This document shows positions 37,382 to 38,570 of a stretch of 38,570 nt of DNA, one piece after another. Origin of the DNA: Armatimonadota bacterium (GTDB lineage: Bacteria; Sysuimicrobiota; Sysuimicrobiia; Sysuimicrobiales; Kaftiobacteriaceae); contig JBBIUY010000029.1 in assembly GCA_037440005.1 (NCBI GenBank), forward strand, positions 1 through 38,570, in the 5' to 3' direction. The notes under the pieces are model-generated. The model searched no databases and was not told where the DNA came from. It worked only from the letters and a program-made list of their open reading frames with translations. Each line of letters opens with the position of its first letter. Position 1 is the stretch's first letter. The position numbers and the translations under genes are program-made.

Positions 37382-38056
37382 ATGCAGTTGAGCCGGACTT
37401 GGATCACGCTCCTGGCAGCGCTGCTCCTCGTGGCTCAGGTCTGGCCGGCGGGACCCTCGGTGGCGGCAGTCGCCCTGCCGGCTCTGGAGCGCGCCGTCGT
37501 CAGGCGGGTGGTCGACGGCGATACGCTCGATGTCATCGCGGGCCGGTTCTCCGAGCGGGTCCGGCTAATCGGTGTGGACGCTCCCGAGCCCGGCCAACCA
37601 TTTGCGGTCGAGGCGGCGGCCTTCGTTCGGACGCGCCTGCCGGTCGGACGCACGGTCTGGCTGGAAAGCGACGTGCAGTCGCACGACCGGTACGCCCGGC
37701 GGCTGGCCTACGTCTGGACCACGCGGCCCCTGCGGGGCGACCCGCTGGAGGTGCGCCGCGCCATGCTCAACGCCATGCTGCTTCTGGAAGGGTACGCCGT
37801 CCTCCTCACCGTTCCGCCGAACGTGCGGTACGTGGATCTCTTTCGGACCTTTCAACAGGAGGCGCGTGCGGCCGGCCGCGGAGTGTGGGCGCCCGCGGCG
37901 CGGACCGAGTGCGACCCCGCCTACCCGGACGTCTGCATCCCTCCGCCCCCACCCGACCTGGACTGTCCGGATATCCCTTACCGCCGTTTCCGGGTGCTGC
38001 CGCCTGACCCCCACCGCTTCGATGGAGACCACGACGGCATCGGCTGCGAGCGCTGA
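37382..38056 (+). CDS. Secreted thermonuclease (SNase family) with C-terminal Excalibur-like Ca-binding domain; start approximate
   Basis: VVDGDT, VRLIGVDAPE, DRYARRLAYVW, PPNVRY, GVW; CDPAYPDVCIP...DLDC...DGDHDGIGCE. Confidence 0.88.
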   Translation: MQLSRTWITLLAALLLVAQVWPAGPSVAAVALPALERAVVRRVVDGDTLDVIAGRFSERVRLIGVDAPEPGQPFAVEAAAFVRTRLPVGRTVWLESDVQSHDRYARRLAYVWTTRPLRGDPLEVRRAMLNAMLLLEGYAVLLTVPPNVRYVDLFRTFQQEARAAGRGVWAPAARTECDPAYPDVCIPPPPPDLDCPDIPYRRFRVLPPDPHRFDGDHDGIGCER

Positions 38057-38179
38057 CCGCTCCCGGCTCATTGCCCCCGGCGGACGATCCCAAAATATGC
38101 GGCTGGAGAAGGGCGCCATGCGCCTCCGCTGCAAAGCACCTCCCATGGTCAGGGGAGGATGGCCCGTTTCGGCCATCGA

Positions 38180-38416
38180 GGGGACAGTCACCACCGGGCC
38201 CGGGGGACAGTCCCCGGCACCAGGTGGGGACAGTCCCCCGCTGCCACGTGCGGAGCCGGTTGGCCCGGGCAATTCGTCCGTGGGCGAGGGATTTGCTCCG
38301 CCGAGAGAGCAGGGGGCGTCGGACCGGTGACTGTCCCCGGTTGCAGGAGGGGCCTGTCCCCGGGCGTCGCAGGTGACTGTCCCCCGGGCGTCGGTGGTCT
38401 GGCGGGGTCTGTCTCC
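38180..38416. repeat. Palindrome family C (GG(G/T)GAC(A/T)GTC(C/A)CC) composite array, REP/REPIN-like
   Basis: Forward copies at 38180, 38203, 38226 and inverted copies at 38326, 38349, 38372 (23-bp period in both arms); degenerate copy at 38404. Confidence 0.85.
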
Positions 38417-38570
38417 GCTGGGCATTCCCCCGTGAGGAGATTCTCTTCCTCTGCGGCGAGGGCCGTCACTTCTCTTTGCGAGGATGAGAGGTTAGCCGCC
38501 GAACGGGCGAAGATCAACTAAATAATCCGTCGAAAGGATTGCATTTTTGAAGCGCGTACTTTCCTTTCAA

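Noticed and set aside
38071..38521. Short ORFs over the terminal repeat region (GDSP/GTVP-rich)
   Set aside because: The peptides are translations of the family C palindromes, with no start signals or domains.

Overview
High-GC bacterial chromosomal window with about 37 credible protein-coding genes and no rRNA, tRNA, CRISPR array or transposase that I can recognise. Main blocks: (1) a spermidine-synthase-like methyltransferase divergent from an OsmC/Ohr-family gene. The ORF track splits the OsmC gene in two, but it reads through an in-frame TGA at the catalytic Cys position and is followed by a SECIS-like hairpin, so it is a probable selenoprotein. An acetamidase/formamidase and an FAD/Fe-S oxidoreductase follow. 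(2) A GntR(HutC)-controlled nucleoside ABC uptake and catabolism operon with a palindromic operator. (3) A mixed region: bactofilin-like membrane protein, beta-CASP hydrolase, lipoprotein, methyltransferase, GH-A-like enzyme, Mesh1-like HD protein, ChrB-C plus MFS, PfpI plus glyoxalase II-like, and a PD40 propeller. (4) A molybdenum/CO-oxidation cluster: XRE-PBP regulator, modA, modB, RraA-like gene, then form I aerobic CO dehydrogenase coxM-S-L (AYRCSFR) and an XdhC/CoxF-YHS fusion. coxM is fused in frame behind an excisionase/BldC-like HTH, and its promoter carries 9-bp-periodic direct repeats. (5) An epimerase and a secreted thermonuclease. Intergenic DNA holds three distinct palindrome families, one with a parS/NBS-like TTTC-N4-GAAA core. 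All product calls come from motif recognition by eye; no database searches were run.
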